Shown in pieces: positions 50,421-60,311 of a stretch of DNA of 64,000 nt. The position numbers and the translations under genes were made by a program. Each line of letters starts with the position of its first letter. The stretch's first letter is position 1. The stretch comes from an uncultured Nitrososphaerota archaeon. GTDB taxonomy: Archaea; Thermoproteota; Nitrososphaeria; Conexivisphaerales; DTJL01. The stretch covers positions 32,001 to 96,000 of the forward strand of contig CAWJIE010000002.1 in assembly GCA_963842885.1 (NCBI GenBank). The letters are read 5' to 3'. The notes below the pieces were generated by a model. It was not told where the DNA came from. It did no database searches and saw nothing but the letters and a program-made list of their open reading frames with translations.

Positions 50421-51503
50421 CTAATCACGTTGTATACTCTCTATGATCGCGCTATTCTGTCGAATCCAAGTGAGAGTAAGCAAAAGACCGTTGTGAAATG
50501 CAGTCCTCGGATTATAGCCCAGCAAGGCTCTCGCCTTTTCGATGGAGGCTCTTCGCCGACCAGACTTATCCCAGTCTCTCCTGCCACGGAAAACCACCCC
50601 TCCCTTGCTCTCGGTGAGCTCATTGACCTCATTCGCGAGGTCCAGGATCTTCGTCTCGGTCCCTGACGCCAGGTTCACTGCTTCGCCAACGGCTTCAGGG
50701 AGGACACCCATTCGGAGAGACCCGTCCACTACGTCATCTACATACGTGAAGTCCCTGGTCTCTTCACCCGTCCCGGTGATCGGCAGTGGCTTCCCGTGCA
50801 TCGCCCACCAGATGAAATTCGGAATCACGTCTCTGTATTTCCCTGGCACCTCTCCCGGACCAAAGACGTTGAAGTACCTGCAAATGGCAACGGGGAATCG
50901 ATAGTAGTCATGGTAGTAATTGCAGTAGAGTTCGCCCACAAGCTTGTTCATCTGATAAGGAGTGTCAAGATGGAGAGTGACGAAGCTCTCCTCCAGGGGA
51001 AGCGGCGCGTTGCTTCCATAGACAGAGCAACCCGACGACGCGTAAACGACCCTCTCCGCCCCGGCCTTTCTCGACAGCTCGAGGATGCGAAGGGTGCCAA
51101 GCCCGTTGACCATCAGGTCCGATTCGGGATGCTCGACGCTGTTCTGGTTGGCGAAGTGAGCTGCAAGATGGAAAACGACCTGTGGGCTCTGAGCGAAGAC
51201 CTCCCCAGTCTTCCCTTCGTCTAGAATGCTGCCCCTGACGAACTCCACCCGAGGGTCCTTGGGTATGTTCCACTCATAGGAGGCCGAGAGGTCATCAAGG
51301 ACGATTATCTTCTTGGTGCCCGTGCCAAGCAAAGCCTTGGTCAGGTTGCTCCCAATCATCCCGGCACCTCCCGTAATGAGGACCGTCTTCCCTGCGTAGG
51401 AATCCAGGACCTCCTGCGAGCTTGGCGCTATCTCATTCACCAATTCCGTAAATCTTCCTGAACCACTTGACCGTATTGTCGATGCCCTCTTCGGGTTCGA
51501 CAT
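50421..51503 (-). CDS. NAD-dependent epimerase/dehydratase
   Basis: Motifs TGGAGMIG, YQMNK, RYFNVFGP and RDFTYV. Confidence 0.92.
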   Translation of the reverse strand: MSNPKRASTIRSSGSGRFTELVNEIAPSSQEVLDSYAGKTVLITGGAGMIGSNLTKALLGTGTKKIIVLDDLSASYEWNIPKDPRVEFVRGSILDEGKTGEVFAQSPQVVFHLAAHFANQNSVEHPESDLMVNGLGTLRILELSRKAGAERVVYASSGCSVYGSNAPLPLEESFVTLHLDTPYQMNKLVGELYCNYYHDYYRFPVAICRYFNVFGPGEVPGKYRDVIPNFIWWAMHGKPLPITGTGEETRDFTYVDDVVDGSLRMGVLPEAVGEAVNLASGTETKILDLANEVNELTESKGGVVFRGRRDWDKSGRRRASIEKARALLGYNPRTAFHNGLLLTLTWIRQNSAIIESIQRD

Positions 51504-52350
51504 AGAACTTCAAACCCAGGTCTCTGACCGCCTTCGCGGAGTCGGGCGTCTTGACTCTGGTCGTGAACCCTTCGGCGTCCTTGTAGGTCACAAGCGAGTC
51601 ATCCCGACCGACGGTCCTGAGCACGATGTCCGAGACCTCCTTGATGTCATACTGCCGGGAGCTCCCCAGGTTGTAGACCTCGCCAGGCTTGAATCTGTCA
51701 GCGATCTGAGAGAAGGCTACGCAAATGTCGTCGACATATTCGAGGGTCCGCTTGTGCCCCTTGTATACGGTGTAAGGCTGGCCGATCAAGGCGTGGTAGA
51801 TGAACTTGGGAACGAACCCCCTGTAGGGAGTGTAGTGCTCCCCCGGGCCGTAGACGTTGAACAGGCGCACCCTCACGGTCTCCGTCCCGAACATGGAGGC
51901 CGAATTCAGGATCTGCATCTCGTTGACCCACTTGGACATCGCGTAGTCGTTCATCTGTTTCAGCGGGACCTTCTCCATGACCTCCTCGGACATCACACCG
52001 TCGTAGTCGCCGTACACCTCCGCGCTGCCGAAGAAGACCATCCTGAACTTCTTTCGTTCCTGCATCCTGAGGATGTTCTTCGTCCCTATGGCGTTGGTCC
52101 TCCACATGTTCTCGTAATAATCCTCGCCGTTCCACCTCCCGTATTCCGCTGCGGCATGGTACACTAGGTCGAATCCTTGGTCGAGGAGCTTCTCGATCTG
52201 GCGGAACTCGCCCACATCGCAACGGACGTAGTTCGGCCCAGCCGAGTTCCGGAGGTCGCAGCACCACACTTCATGGCCTCTGGTTCGCAGTTCCTTGACC
52301 AGGTTCGAGCCGATGAAACCCAGTCCTCCCGTGACGAGTATCTTGCTCAT
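51433..52350 (-). CDS. NAD-dependent epimerase/dehydratase (dTDP-glucose 4,6-dehydratase-like)
   Basis: Motifs TGGLGFIG, YAMSK and RLFNVYGPGE. Confidence 0.92.
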   Translation of the reverse strand: MSKILVTGGLGFIGSNLVKELRTRGHEVWCCDLRNSAGPNYVRCDVGEFRQIEKLLDQGFDLVYHAAAEYGRWNGEDYYENMWRTNAIGTKNILRMQERKKFRMVFFGSAEVYGDYDGVMSEEVMEKVPLKQMNDYAMSKWVNEMQILNSASMFGTETVRVRLFNVYGPGEHYTPYRGFVPKFIYHALIGQPYTVYKGHKRTLEYVDDICVAFSQIADRFKPGEVYNLGSSRQYDIKEVSDIVLRTVGRDDSLVTYKDAEGFTTRVKTPDSAKAVRDLGLKFYVEPEEGIDNTVKWFRKIYGIGE

Positions 52351-52365
52351 ATCGCGCACCTGACC

Positions 52366-53340
52366 CTAGTCCGTTCTCCTGATCTCAAGCTCTCTGAACC
52401 TCCGGTTAAGAGCGTTCAGGAAGAGGGCCAGAGAACCCAACACCAACCCCACGAGTATCGCCGCGATGGCCAGAAGAGCGGTACCCACGGCCAGTTGTCT
52501 GGTGTTGTTGAATATCACCACGACCTGGAAGAACGCCGCCAACCCTACCAAGAAAGAAGCCATGCCGGGAACGCCGACGTAAACGAGAGGTCGCCCCTCG
52601 GTCACCAGCCTGATCATCGACATCACGAGGCCCGCGCCATGGGAAATAGGGTTCTTCTTGGATGTCTTTCCTCCCGTGTTATACTCGATGAGGGAAGGCA
52701 CCTCAACAATCTTGAACCCCGCCTTCTTGGCCTTCATCAGGATGGAGAGGGAGGCCCCCATCCCCTGCTCGAGCATCATGGGCGCTATCGAGGAGATCGC
52801 CCTCCCGCTGTAGGCCCTGAACCCGCTCTGGGTGTCGGAGACGTCCACCCCCGCCATTCCGCTGGCCATCCTGTTGACCGACTCTATCCCCGCCTTCCTG
52901 TACCCGCTGGCCCCGTTCCCCCCCTCGACGAACCTGGAGCCTATCACCACGTCGGCCTGCGACTTCAGGATGGGCTCCACGAGGGAGGGTATCTCCCGGG
53001 GGTCGTGCTGCCCGTCGGCGTCGAGCGAGACCACGACGGCGGGATCGAACGCAAGCGCTTCGAGGAAGGCGCTCTTCAGCGCCGCGCCGTAACCCTCGTT
53101 CTGGCCATGGTGGACGACCCTGGCCCCTATCCTCTCGGCGATCTCCGCCGTCATGTCGGTGGAGCCGTCGTCGCAGACGATCACCTTGTCCACGAACTTT
53201 CCCGCCTGCAGGACCACCTTCGCTATCGTCTTCTCCTCGTTATAGGCGGGGATGCAGGCGACGACGGCAGCCCCCTTCCGCAGGGGCTCCCACTCTCCCG
53301 CCGGTGAGCTCATGTGTTCCATCCGGTCTTCATCATGCAA
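52366..53340 (-). CDS. GT2 glycosyltransferase (Dol-P-sugar synthase-like) with 2 C-terminal TMs
   Basis: Motifs IPAYNEE, DDGSTD, DADGQH and DTQSGFRA. Confidence 0.92.
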   Translation of the reverse strand: MHDEDRMEHMSSPAGEWEPLRKGAAVVACIPAYNEEKTIAKVVLQAGKFVDKVIVCDDGSTDMTAEIAERIGARVVHHGQNEGYGAALKSAFLEALAFDPAVVVSLDADGQHDPREIPSLVEPILKSQADVVIGSRFVEGGNGASGYRKAGIESVNRMASGMAGVDVSDTQSGFRAYSGRAISSIAPMMLEQGMGASLSILMKAKKAGFKIVEVPSLIEYNTGGKTSKKNPISHGAGLVMSMIRLVTEGRPLVYVGVPGMASFLVGLAAFFQVVVIFNNTRQLAVGTALLAIAAILVGLVLGSLALFLNALNRRFRELEIRRTD

Positions 53341-53390
53341 ACGTGTTTCCCCCGCCCATCATTGCAGGGCCTTCCGGCAGGAGGTCCCCA

Positions 53391-54311
53391 CTACTCCCTC
53401 CTCCCTCGGGAGGAGTGCCTGACGGAGTAGGTGACGATGTACGAAACCATGAAGGCCATGCCGAAGATGACGGAGGTCAGCCCTATCACGCCCCTGACCC
53501 CCTGGGTGACCGTGATCTGCTTTGTGTAGTAGAAGGAGATGAGGAACGCGGCCAGCAGCCATACGCCAGCGAGGGTGAAGGCGAGGGCCGGGACCCCCAT
53601 GGCGAGGAAGTCCCTTTCGAGGATGGACCTGGAGAGGCGATTCCATCCGCGCGCCGGCCTGGACGGAGACACTGCCGTGACTCCAGGCGCGACCGGTCGG
53701 GCCTTAAGGGTCCTCAGGGTGACGGCCCTGACCCTCAGGCCCGCGACCGCGGCGAGGGCGGTCTCAGGGGAGGTCCCCGCCTCCGAGAAGAAGCCCTCCT
53801 TGGTGAGAGCATAGAGCGCCTTCGGACTCATGGCCGTGACTCCCGCATCGACCGCCCCGATCCCACCCGTCCCGCTCATGCCGACGGCGATGTCCGCTTC
53901 GTCCTTCATGATGGGCCCGAGGACGACAGCTACCTCGTCGGCGTGGCCGAAGCCCTCCCTCTCTACCAGCACGAAGCCTGAGGGGGACTTGAGGATGACT
54001 TCGTTCACGACGTCCGACATGCTCCTCCCCTTCCCCAGGCTCGTCTCGTGGCGTATCACCTGGGCGCCGGCCCTCCTGGCTTCCTCCGACGTCCCGTCCG
54101 TGGAGCCGTCGTCGCAGACTATGACGTTCCCGCAGTGGCCCAGGGCCTGCAGCACGACCCTCGCCATGCTGGCCTCGTCGTTGTACGCCAGGATGCAGGC
54201 ATAGGTGCTCTCGAACCTGGCCCTCTCCTCCCTTGGAACTGTGACCTCCCTGGCCCTTAGGCCCGGGGGCGAGACCGGCGTGCTCATCTGCTCATCTTCA
54301 TGTCCTGTCAT
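53391..54311 (-). CDS. Divergent GT2-like protein lacking the DxD motif
   Basis: AYNDE and DDGSTD are present; DADGQH is replaced by EREGFGH. Confidence 0.75.
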   Translation of the reverse strand: MTGHEDEQMSTPVSPPGLRAREVTVPREERARFESTYACILAYNDEASMARVVLQALGHCGNVIVCDDGSTDGTSEEARRAGAQVIRHETSLGKGRSMSDVVNEVILKSPSGFVLVEREGFGHADEVAVVLGPIMKDEADIAVGMSGTGGIGAVDAGVTAMSPKALYALTKEGFFSEAGTSPETALAAVAGLRVRAVTLRTLKARPVAPGVTAVSPSRPARGWNRLSRSILERDFLAMGVPALAFTLAGVWLLAAFLISFYYTKQITVTQGVRGVIGLTSVIFGMAFMVSYIVTYSVRHSSRGRRE

Positions 54312-54314
54312 CTA

Positions 54315-54675
54315 TTAGCGTTGCCGGCAGGGAGAGCTCCCTCCCAGGCTGTTGACGCCCAGGAGGAGGAGGTAGTCCCTGTTTTCGGCCCAGGCGGAGG
54401 CCGAGGAGTTGCCCATGGCCATCGCCGCGCGCACGTTCGCAGCGGCCAGTGGGCGTCCCATGGAGAGCGCCTTGGTCAGGAAGGAGGGCGAGAGCCAGAG
54501 AGAGGCCTTCGCGAAGATCGATGCCAGCGCAGACGTCAGGAACCTGCTCCTGACCTGAAGGTTGAGCCGGCAGCAGAGGTGGAGTATCCCTCTCTCCACC
54601 GGGTTCAGGGCGATATGCAGAACCCGCTGCCTGACAAGACGCCGTTCGAGGAGGTGCAGGTCTTCCGTGAGAACA
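54315..54675 (-). CDS. Small basic helical hypothetical protein heading the glycosylation cluster (start uncertain)
   Basis: ALNPVERGILHLC...GNSSASAWA; host-like codon usage. It resembles a conserved archaeal hypothetical family I recall, unverified. Confidence 0.55.
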
Positions 54676-54991
54676 GCTTCGGCTGCGCTATGGAGTCGAA
54701 CCACATCAGAGTCTCTCTTTGGCGTTACAATCTCGGAGCCGAACGCATCCTTTAACCTTATCGAATCGAGAGGGCATGAGCTTGTCACACATGAGGGAAG
54801 AGTTGAGGTCTCTGCGGCCAGTTGTCTCAAACGAAAGCTGGAGGACGTCAACACCCCTCGGTGATGATTTCGGTGCTGGTGCTGCGAGCGAACTTTAGGT
54901 TTTGTAGTCCAGTACTCGCCTGGAAACTTGGCAATGTAGTAGCCCGGGAAGGTATCAAAAGGATAAGTTCGATTATACAGCGATTATCCTT
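54676..54991 (-). ncRNA. Candidate structured non-coding element with tRNA-like T-arm, copy 1
   Basis: 316-bp ungapped repeat of 58236-58551, with 36 mismatches by manual count. The minus strand has TGTGG-TTCGACT-CCATA inside TTCGGCT...AGCCGAA. Confidence 0.5.
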
Positions 54992-55001
54992 CGGTACGGG
55001 T

Positions 55002-55412
55002 TTAGGTCCCAGCCAAGACCTCGCGGGTGTTCAGAACCCGGAGGCGGTTCTGCCTTTTGAAGTCCTTGTCATCGCTCCAAATAGCCTCACAAGAGGAAGC
55101 CAGGGCCGCGGCGACGAAAGGGGTGTCATCTCTGTCTACCGACCCGATAATGCTCTCCGCCTCGCTCCAACGCACAAGCACCTCTTCTTTGGACACCACT
55201 CGCAAGTTGGTCGCAAGGATGCCAAGAAACAGACGGATTTCCCCTTCGTCGAGACCTGTCTTCTTCTCCAGTGTGTCGATGTGCTTCTCAATCTCTTCAA
55301 AGGCATACTCTGGGACGAAATAGTCGTTGGCAGGGTTCAGGAGGGTGGCCCTCACCAAGGAATCCTTGATGAGAGCCTTCATCAGGACGTTAGTGTCGAC
55401 GAGCAGTTTCAA
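55002..55412 (-). CDS. vapC: PIN-domain toxin (VapC family)
   Basis: Motifs [17 protein letters not shown] and IWSDDKDF. Confidence 0.9.
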   Translation of the reverse strand: MKLLVDTNVLMKALIKDSLVRATLLNPANDYFVPEYAFEEIEKHIDTLEKKTGLDEGEIRLFLGILATNLRVVSKEEVLVRWSEAESIIGSVDRDDTPFVAAALASSCEAIWSDDKDFKRQNRLRVLNTREVLAGT

Positions 55413-55648
55413 GAGCCGGGCACTTTGTCTTTACGATACTTCGCAGCCATTCCCTTTTTGATGGAATCGCCTAGGGCACGAGCCTCGGGCTCCGTCAGCA
55501 TGCTCTTCCGAGCTATAGCGTCGAACAGGTCGAGCCTTCTAGCGTACTCCCAAATCGCCTGCCTGGCTACTTCGCTCCACTTGATCTCGGGATGGGACTT
55601 CATTATCCTGTGTAGGTCCTCAGGGACGGCCAGAGTGACATTTACCAT
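55409..55648 (-). CDS. vapB: RHH-type antitoxin (VapB-like)
   Basis: [13 protein letters not shown]...[11 protein letters not shown]; overlaps the toxin start by 4 bp. Confidence 0.85.
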   Translation of the reverse strand: MVNVTLAVPEDLHRIMKSHPEIKWSEVARQAIWEYARRLDLFDAIARKSMLTEPEARALGDSIKKGMAAKYRKDKVPGS

Positions 55649-56046
55649 ATCTTCTGTGTGTTATGTGCAGGCACGTATTTATGTATTTGTTGAACATCAG
55701 ATTCGTACAGTCATGAGGAAGAACGGGAGACTATTGCGCTTGTTCATCGCAGGTCTCATGTCCACGCCCTGGGAGCCACGAATCGGGCAGTATTCATGCC
55801 CAAATGGGTTCGACTCCGGAAGCGGCGATGTAGAAATGGCATGAAGCAAACCACTATCACTAGAAAGACACAGGAAACAGCAAGGGAATCATAGGATCAA
55901 CAGATCGGTTTGACAAACGAGGTCCAGACGAGTCGTCTTTTGCGTGAGTCGGCCTGTCTTCTCGAGATGAAGGGGGAATTGGGGATTGATGTCAGGATAG
56001 TTGGCCTATCATGGTCATTGGCGGTCGCGCCGTGGTAGTCGACGTC

Positions 56047-56487
56047 TTACTTCTCTATGTGTTCCCTTATCTCGCGTAGCAGCTCAGGGTTCTTCTGGAG
56101 GAAATCGACCAGCCCTTCCAACCTGTTGATGGTCTCGGGTTGGATGTGATGCTCTATCCCTTCCGTGTCCTGGTTGGCCACCTTATCCTCCACGCCGAGC
56201 ATCAAGAGTAATTCCGAGATCGTGCTGTGCCTCGCAATCACTGACCTCGCGACCTTGGCGCCCTTGTCGGTCAGCTTGATGCCCCGATAGGGCACGTGCA
56301 CCAAGTAGCCCCTTGCGGCGAGCCTCTCCAGCATGCTCGACACTGACGGAGGTCTGACTTGAAGGTTCTCTGCGATGTCGACCGTGCTCGCATAGCCCTT
56401 GTCCTGGACAAGATGGTAGATCGCCTTGAGATAGTCCTCCAGCCTCGACGTCCGTTCCTCCGGCGCCATCTGGGTCGCCTTTGCCAA
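56047..56487 (-). CDS. mntR: DtxR/MntR family metal-dependent repressor
   Basis: Motifs EDYLKAIY, SVSSML, LTDKG, RH and EGIEHH. Confidence 0.92.
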   Translation of the reverse strand: MAKATQMAPEERTSRLEDYLKAIYHLVQDKGYASTVDIAENLQVRPPSVSSMLERLAARGYLVHVPYRGIKLTDKGAKVARSVIARHSTISELLLMLGVEDKVANQDTEGIEHHIQPETINRLEGLVDFLQKNPELLREIREHIEK

Positions 56488-56545
56488 CTGGTCCCCCGCT
56501 GCAAGAGAAGAAAGCCCTCACTCATTAAAAAGGATTCTCAATTGA

Positions 56546-56606
56546 TTAGGGAATACTAAACAAAGACGGGTACTCTAATTATATTAGATTCACCTAAACT
56601 TAAATA
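56546..56606. promoter_or_regulatory. Two DtxR-type operators (TTAG-N6-CTAA) and a TATA box in the divergent mntR/mntH promoter
   Basis: TTAGGGAATACTAA at 56546-56559, TTAGATTCACCTAA at 56584-56597, TTAAATA at 56600-56606. Confidence 0.7.
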
Positions 56607-56634
56607 GTACCCCCTCCCTAGGCGATGCGAAACC

Positions 56635-57933
56635 TTGTCCGCACCCTCGAATGACGCTCTCCAGTCGCCCGAGCGAGAAGCCGAGGAAGAGGCGGCAAGG
56701 CGCAGCGGAACCGGATGGTCCGCCTACCTCAAGTTCTTCGGTCCGGCCGTCATGGCATCCGTCGCCTACATCGACCCGGGGAACTTCGGGACCGACATCT
56801 CGGCCGGAGCAAAGTACGGCTACCTGCTGCTGTGGTCGGTCATGCTCGCCAACCTCATGGGGATGCTGCTCCAGTACCTCTCGGGGAAGCTGGGGATAGC
56901 CACCGGCCAGTCGCTCGCCGAACTGACAAGGCAGAGCCTCGGCAGCCGTGCGAAGGTGATACCGTACTGGCTGGCGAGCGAGGTGTTCGCACTGTTCACC
57001 GACCTGGCGGAGTTCCTGGGGGTGACTTCAGCGTTATACCTGCTCTCCGACGGAGCGGTGCCGCTTCTTGTGGCGGCCTGGATTTCGGCCTTCGACGTGG
57101 TCGTGGTCTTCGCCATCGCCGGCAAGAGGTTCCGGAGGATCGAGCTGATGATAACTACGCTCGTGTTCGGCATCGGCCTCGGTTACATATACGAAATCTT
57201 CCTGGTGAAGCCCGACGCCGCCTCGATCGGCCGTGGGCTCATAATCCCCACGATAGCCAGCAATGCGCAGCTGTTCCTGGTGGTCGGGATCATCGGGGCG
57301 ACGGTCATGCCTCATGCCCTCGTGCTCCACTCGTCTCTCACCAAAGCCAAGGCGGTCGGGATGGACGTGGACCAGAGGAAGAAGCTCTTGAAACTCCACA
57401 GATGGGACACGATAGCGAACCTGACTGTGGCGGGGCTGATCAACATGGCGATCCTGATAATGGCCGCCGCCGCGTTCTTCGCAGCTGGACTCAACGTCGC
57501 CACCATCAACGATGCCTACAAGACGCTGGTGCCCCTCTTCGGACTGTCCGCGAGCGTGGTCTTCGCGCTGACGCTTCTCTTCTCCGGGTGGGCCTCCTCG
57601 ACGGTGGGCGTGTTGGCGGGGCAGACGATACTGGAGGGACTTCTGGGGTCGAAGCTTAATCCGTGGTACAGGAGGATCGTCCTTAGGGTGATAAACGTCG
57701 TGCCGGCGAGCATCGCGATAACCCTGGGCTTCGATCCCCTTGTGCTCCTCGTCTACAGCCAGGTGGTGCTCAGCCTGCTGATACCGCTCCCGCTCATCCC
57801 ACTGATCTACTATACCTCCCGCAAGAAATTCATGGGCCAGTTCGTGAACAGGCACAGCATAACCTTCCTGGCGATAGTGGTGGCAGCCACCATCGTAGGC
57901 CTGAACGCGGTCCTCCTTTATACTTCCATTTGA
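56635..57933 (+). CDS. mntH: Nramp family Mn2+/Fe2+ transporter
   Basis: AYIDPGN and GATVMPH signatures. Confidence 0.95.
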   Translation: MSAPSNDALQSPEREAEEEAARRSGTGWSAYLKFFGPAVMASVAYIDPGNFGTDISAGAKYGYLLLWSVMLANLMGMLLQYLSGKLGIATGQSLAELTRQSLGSRAKVIPYWLASEVFALFTDLAEFLGVTSALYLLSDGAVPLLVAAWISAFDVVVVFAIAGKRFRRIELMITTLVFGIGLGYIYEIFLVKPDAASIGRGLIIPTIASNAQLFLVVGIIGATVMPHALVLHSSLTKAKAVGMDVDQRKKLLKLHRWDTIANLTVAGLINMAILIMAAAAFFAAGLNVATINDAYKTLVPLFGLSASVVFALTLLFSGWASSTVGVLAGQTILEGLLGSKLNPWYRRIVLRVINVVPASIAITLGFDPLVLLVYSQVVLSLLIPLPLIPLIYYTSRKKFMGQFVNRHSITFLAIVVAATIVGLNAVLLYTSI

Positions 57934-58235
57934 GAAGGGGAGATAGAGAGATGAACTCTTCAGGAGGGGGGTGGGAGGCTAAAGGAACTTCGTCGACGAG
58001 CCTCGCCATGACCTCCCTGAACGAGAAGCTCGATTATGCTGTGTCTTAGCCCGACAGTTGGGCTCGAAGGGGCTCATGCCGAATTGGGTTCAAACCCCTA
58101 TCCTCAAGTTACCCGATTCTCGAGAAGCAGGCCGTCAGTCTCATCCTATTGCCACCGACATCCTCTGTTCTAGTCATCGAACTGTACGGCGAGCCGGTTA
58201 CCCAAGTCATAATAAGCCGTTAGGGCATCAACACG

Positions 58236-58551
58236 GCTTCGGCTGCGCTATGGAGTCGAACCACATCAGATACTCTCTTTGGCGTTACAATCTCGGAGCC
58301 GGACGCGTCCTTTAACCTTATCGAATCGAGACGGCGTGAACCTGTCACACATGGGGGAAGAGCTGAAACCTCTACGGCCTGCTGTTTCAAGCGAAAGCTG
58401 GGGGACGTCAATACCCCTCGGTGATGATTTCGGTGCTGGTGCTGCGGGCGAACTTAAGGTCTTGTAGTTCAGTACTGGCCCGTCAACTTGGCAATGTGGT
58501 AGCCCGGGAAGGCGTCGAAAGGAAAAGTTCGATCATACAGAGTTTATCCTT
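58236..58551 (-). ncRNA. Candidate structured non-coding element, copy 2
   Basis: Direct repeat of 54676-54991 at offset 3560; the T-arm is invariant. Confidence 0.5.
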
Positions 58552-58724
58552 GCTGTAGGAACTGGAGGGATTAGCACCTGTCTGGGTTCATCGTTAAATT
58601 CGTCTCATCAGGATTCCAGCTTCTTGAATCAACGCCCAGGTGCTGAGAGTGGTAGACAGGAAGGCTTTGCGCCTATGCCTTTAAGATAGAATCATTAGAC
58701 GCGCCATTAACGTTTGGAGAGGGT

Positions 58725-60311
58725 TCATGGAATCCTCTCTTCGATCGATCGAGGCCTTGGCTGGCGGCGCCTTCTTAAGAGGAAGAAACCGGCCGCGACG
58801 ACCACGACTGCCACTGCCACCCCGCCCAGGATCAGCGTCGTAGTCGTAGTCGGCGTTGTTAGAGGGCCGCCCAAGGCGAACGGAGAACCCGATAGGGCCG
58901 CGACGAGAATGTCACCGCAGACCATGGTGCCGGGGGTGAAAGTTATGTTGGCTGCCTGGATCCATGAACCGTTCGAGTAATAGTCGATCACCGTGTTGGC
59001 ATCCGCATTGACATTTGACATGCAAAGGTGTGCGGTCCCTCCCGAGATTCCAGTTATGGCCAAGTCATAAAATCCGAATGAAGTGCTGTTGGACCCGTTG
59101 ACGCTCAATCCGCCCGTGTTCGTGGGCTGGCTGGTCAACTGCGAGGCGCTTATCTCCGCAGTAGACCCGGTCGTATCTGAGATGCTCACGTTCATTCCTA
59201 TGTTCATAAAGATCGCGGTGGAGGTAGATCCTGAAGTGACCGTGGCAGACGCCTGCTGGGTGGATTGGCAAGTTTCGACTATCGTTGGATTTCCCGTCAT
59301 CGTCCCCATATTGTTTATGACACCTCCGCCGTTGTTGAAGAGATAACCGGTGTTGTCGATCGTAGCTCCGGCGTTGTTATTCAGCGTACCGAGGATGCCC
59401 ATCGTATTGAAGTTGTTAAAGACACCATAGTTGTCGAAGGTCTCAGTGGTCCAGATGCCATTAGCTCCGTAGTTGTCAAAGGTACCGTAGTTATTGATCG
59501 TCGCAGATACAACTCCGTAGCTGTCAAGGGTACCATAGTTATTGATTACAACTCCAGGTGCAGCTCCGACATCGAAGAGTAGCGTGCCACTTTCGACTTC
59601 GACAGTGCCACCCACCTGGTTGTCAAGCGTGCCACCATTCCCATTCCCCATGCTGATTCCGGACTGGTCATCCAGAAGACCGGTGTTAGAAAAGACGCCG
59701 CCGATGTGCAGCCCAAATGGTTCGGGGGCGGAAGTGACAAACGTGCCGGAATTATCGACCGTGCCGTCCGTATTGATGCTAAAACCTCCAGAATTTGAAA
59801 TCGTGCCACTGTTAATTATCGTGCCATCAACGCTAGTAAAGTTGGACGTGTCAACCGTACCCGAATTGTTGGACGTGTCAATCGTACCCGAATTCAAGAG
59901 CGTGCTTCCTGGGCCTACGTTGAGCTGCCCACTGCTGTCAATCACTCCTCCGCTATCGACTGACACTACGCCAGCCGATACGTTAGATTCGTACACAGAA
60001 AATAAGCCAGAATTGTCTACAATGCCTTGAATAGTGATCATGTGATCGGTACCCAGGCTGGTGCCCGAGTCTATTTGGATGGTCGTTCCGGATGGAATTG
60101 TACTGCCAGGATACCCCACCTCACAATCATTTGTCGAATCATTCCAATTACCATTGAGCGGAGCCGCCACACAGCTATCGGCGTTCAATACGATTGTCGA
60201 CTGGGCATGCACAACTGGAGATGTAACTACGGGACCCAGGAACCCGGAGGCCGCCAGAAGAGCAAGCAGAAGGACCGCCTTCTTGTGCATTCCCAACCAT
60301 TGGACTCTCAT
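58725..60311 (-). CDS. Membrane-anchored surface protein with Gly/Asn-rich repeats, paralogue 2
   Basis: Same architecture and same SIEERIP C-terminus as 16906-18426. Confidence 0.8.
   Translation of the reverse strand: MRVQWLGMHKKAVLLLALLAASGFLGPVVTSPVVHAQSTIVLNADSCVAAPLNGNWNDSTNDCEVGYPGSTIPSGTTIQIDSGTSLGTDHMITIQGIVDNSGLFSVYESNVSAGVVSVDSGGVIDSSGQLNVGPGSTLLNSGTIDTSNNSGTVDTSNFTSVDGTIINSGTISNSGGFSINTDGTVDNSGTFVTSAPEPFGLHIGGVFSNTGLLDDQSGISMGNGNGGTLDNQVGGTVEVESGTLLFDVGAAPGVVINNYGTLDSYGVVSATINNYGTFDNYGANGIWTTETFDNYGVFNNFNTMGILGTLNNNAGATIDNTGYLFNNGGGVINNMGTMTGNPTIVETCQSTQQASATVTSGSTSTAIFMNIGMNVSISDTTGSTAEISASQLTSQPTNTGGLSVNGSNSTSFGFYDLAITGISGGTAHLCMSNVNADANTVIDYYSNGSWIQAANITFTPGTMVCGDILVAALSGSPFALGGPLTTPTTTTTLILGGVAVAVVVVAAGFFLLRRRRQPRPRSIEERIP

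Noticed and set aside
54676-54760. Bona fide tRNA or tmRNA gene
   Set aside because: A T-arm is present, but there is no recognisable D-arm or anticodon arm, and extra bases separate the T-stem from the closing stem.
6695-57855. Long antisense/alternate-frame ORFs (e.g. 6695-7852, 9223-10272, 34648-35832, 52177-53307, 57034-57855)
   Set aside because: These are shadow ORFs of high-GC genes with clear family motifs on the other strand or frame.
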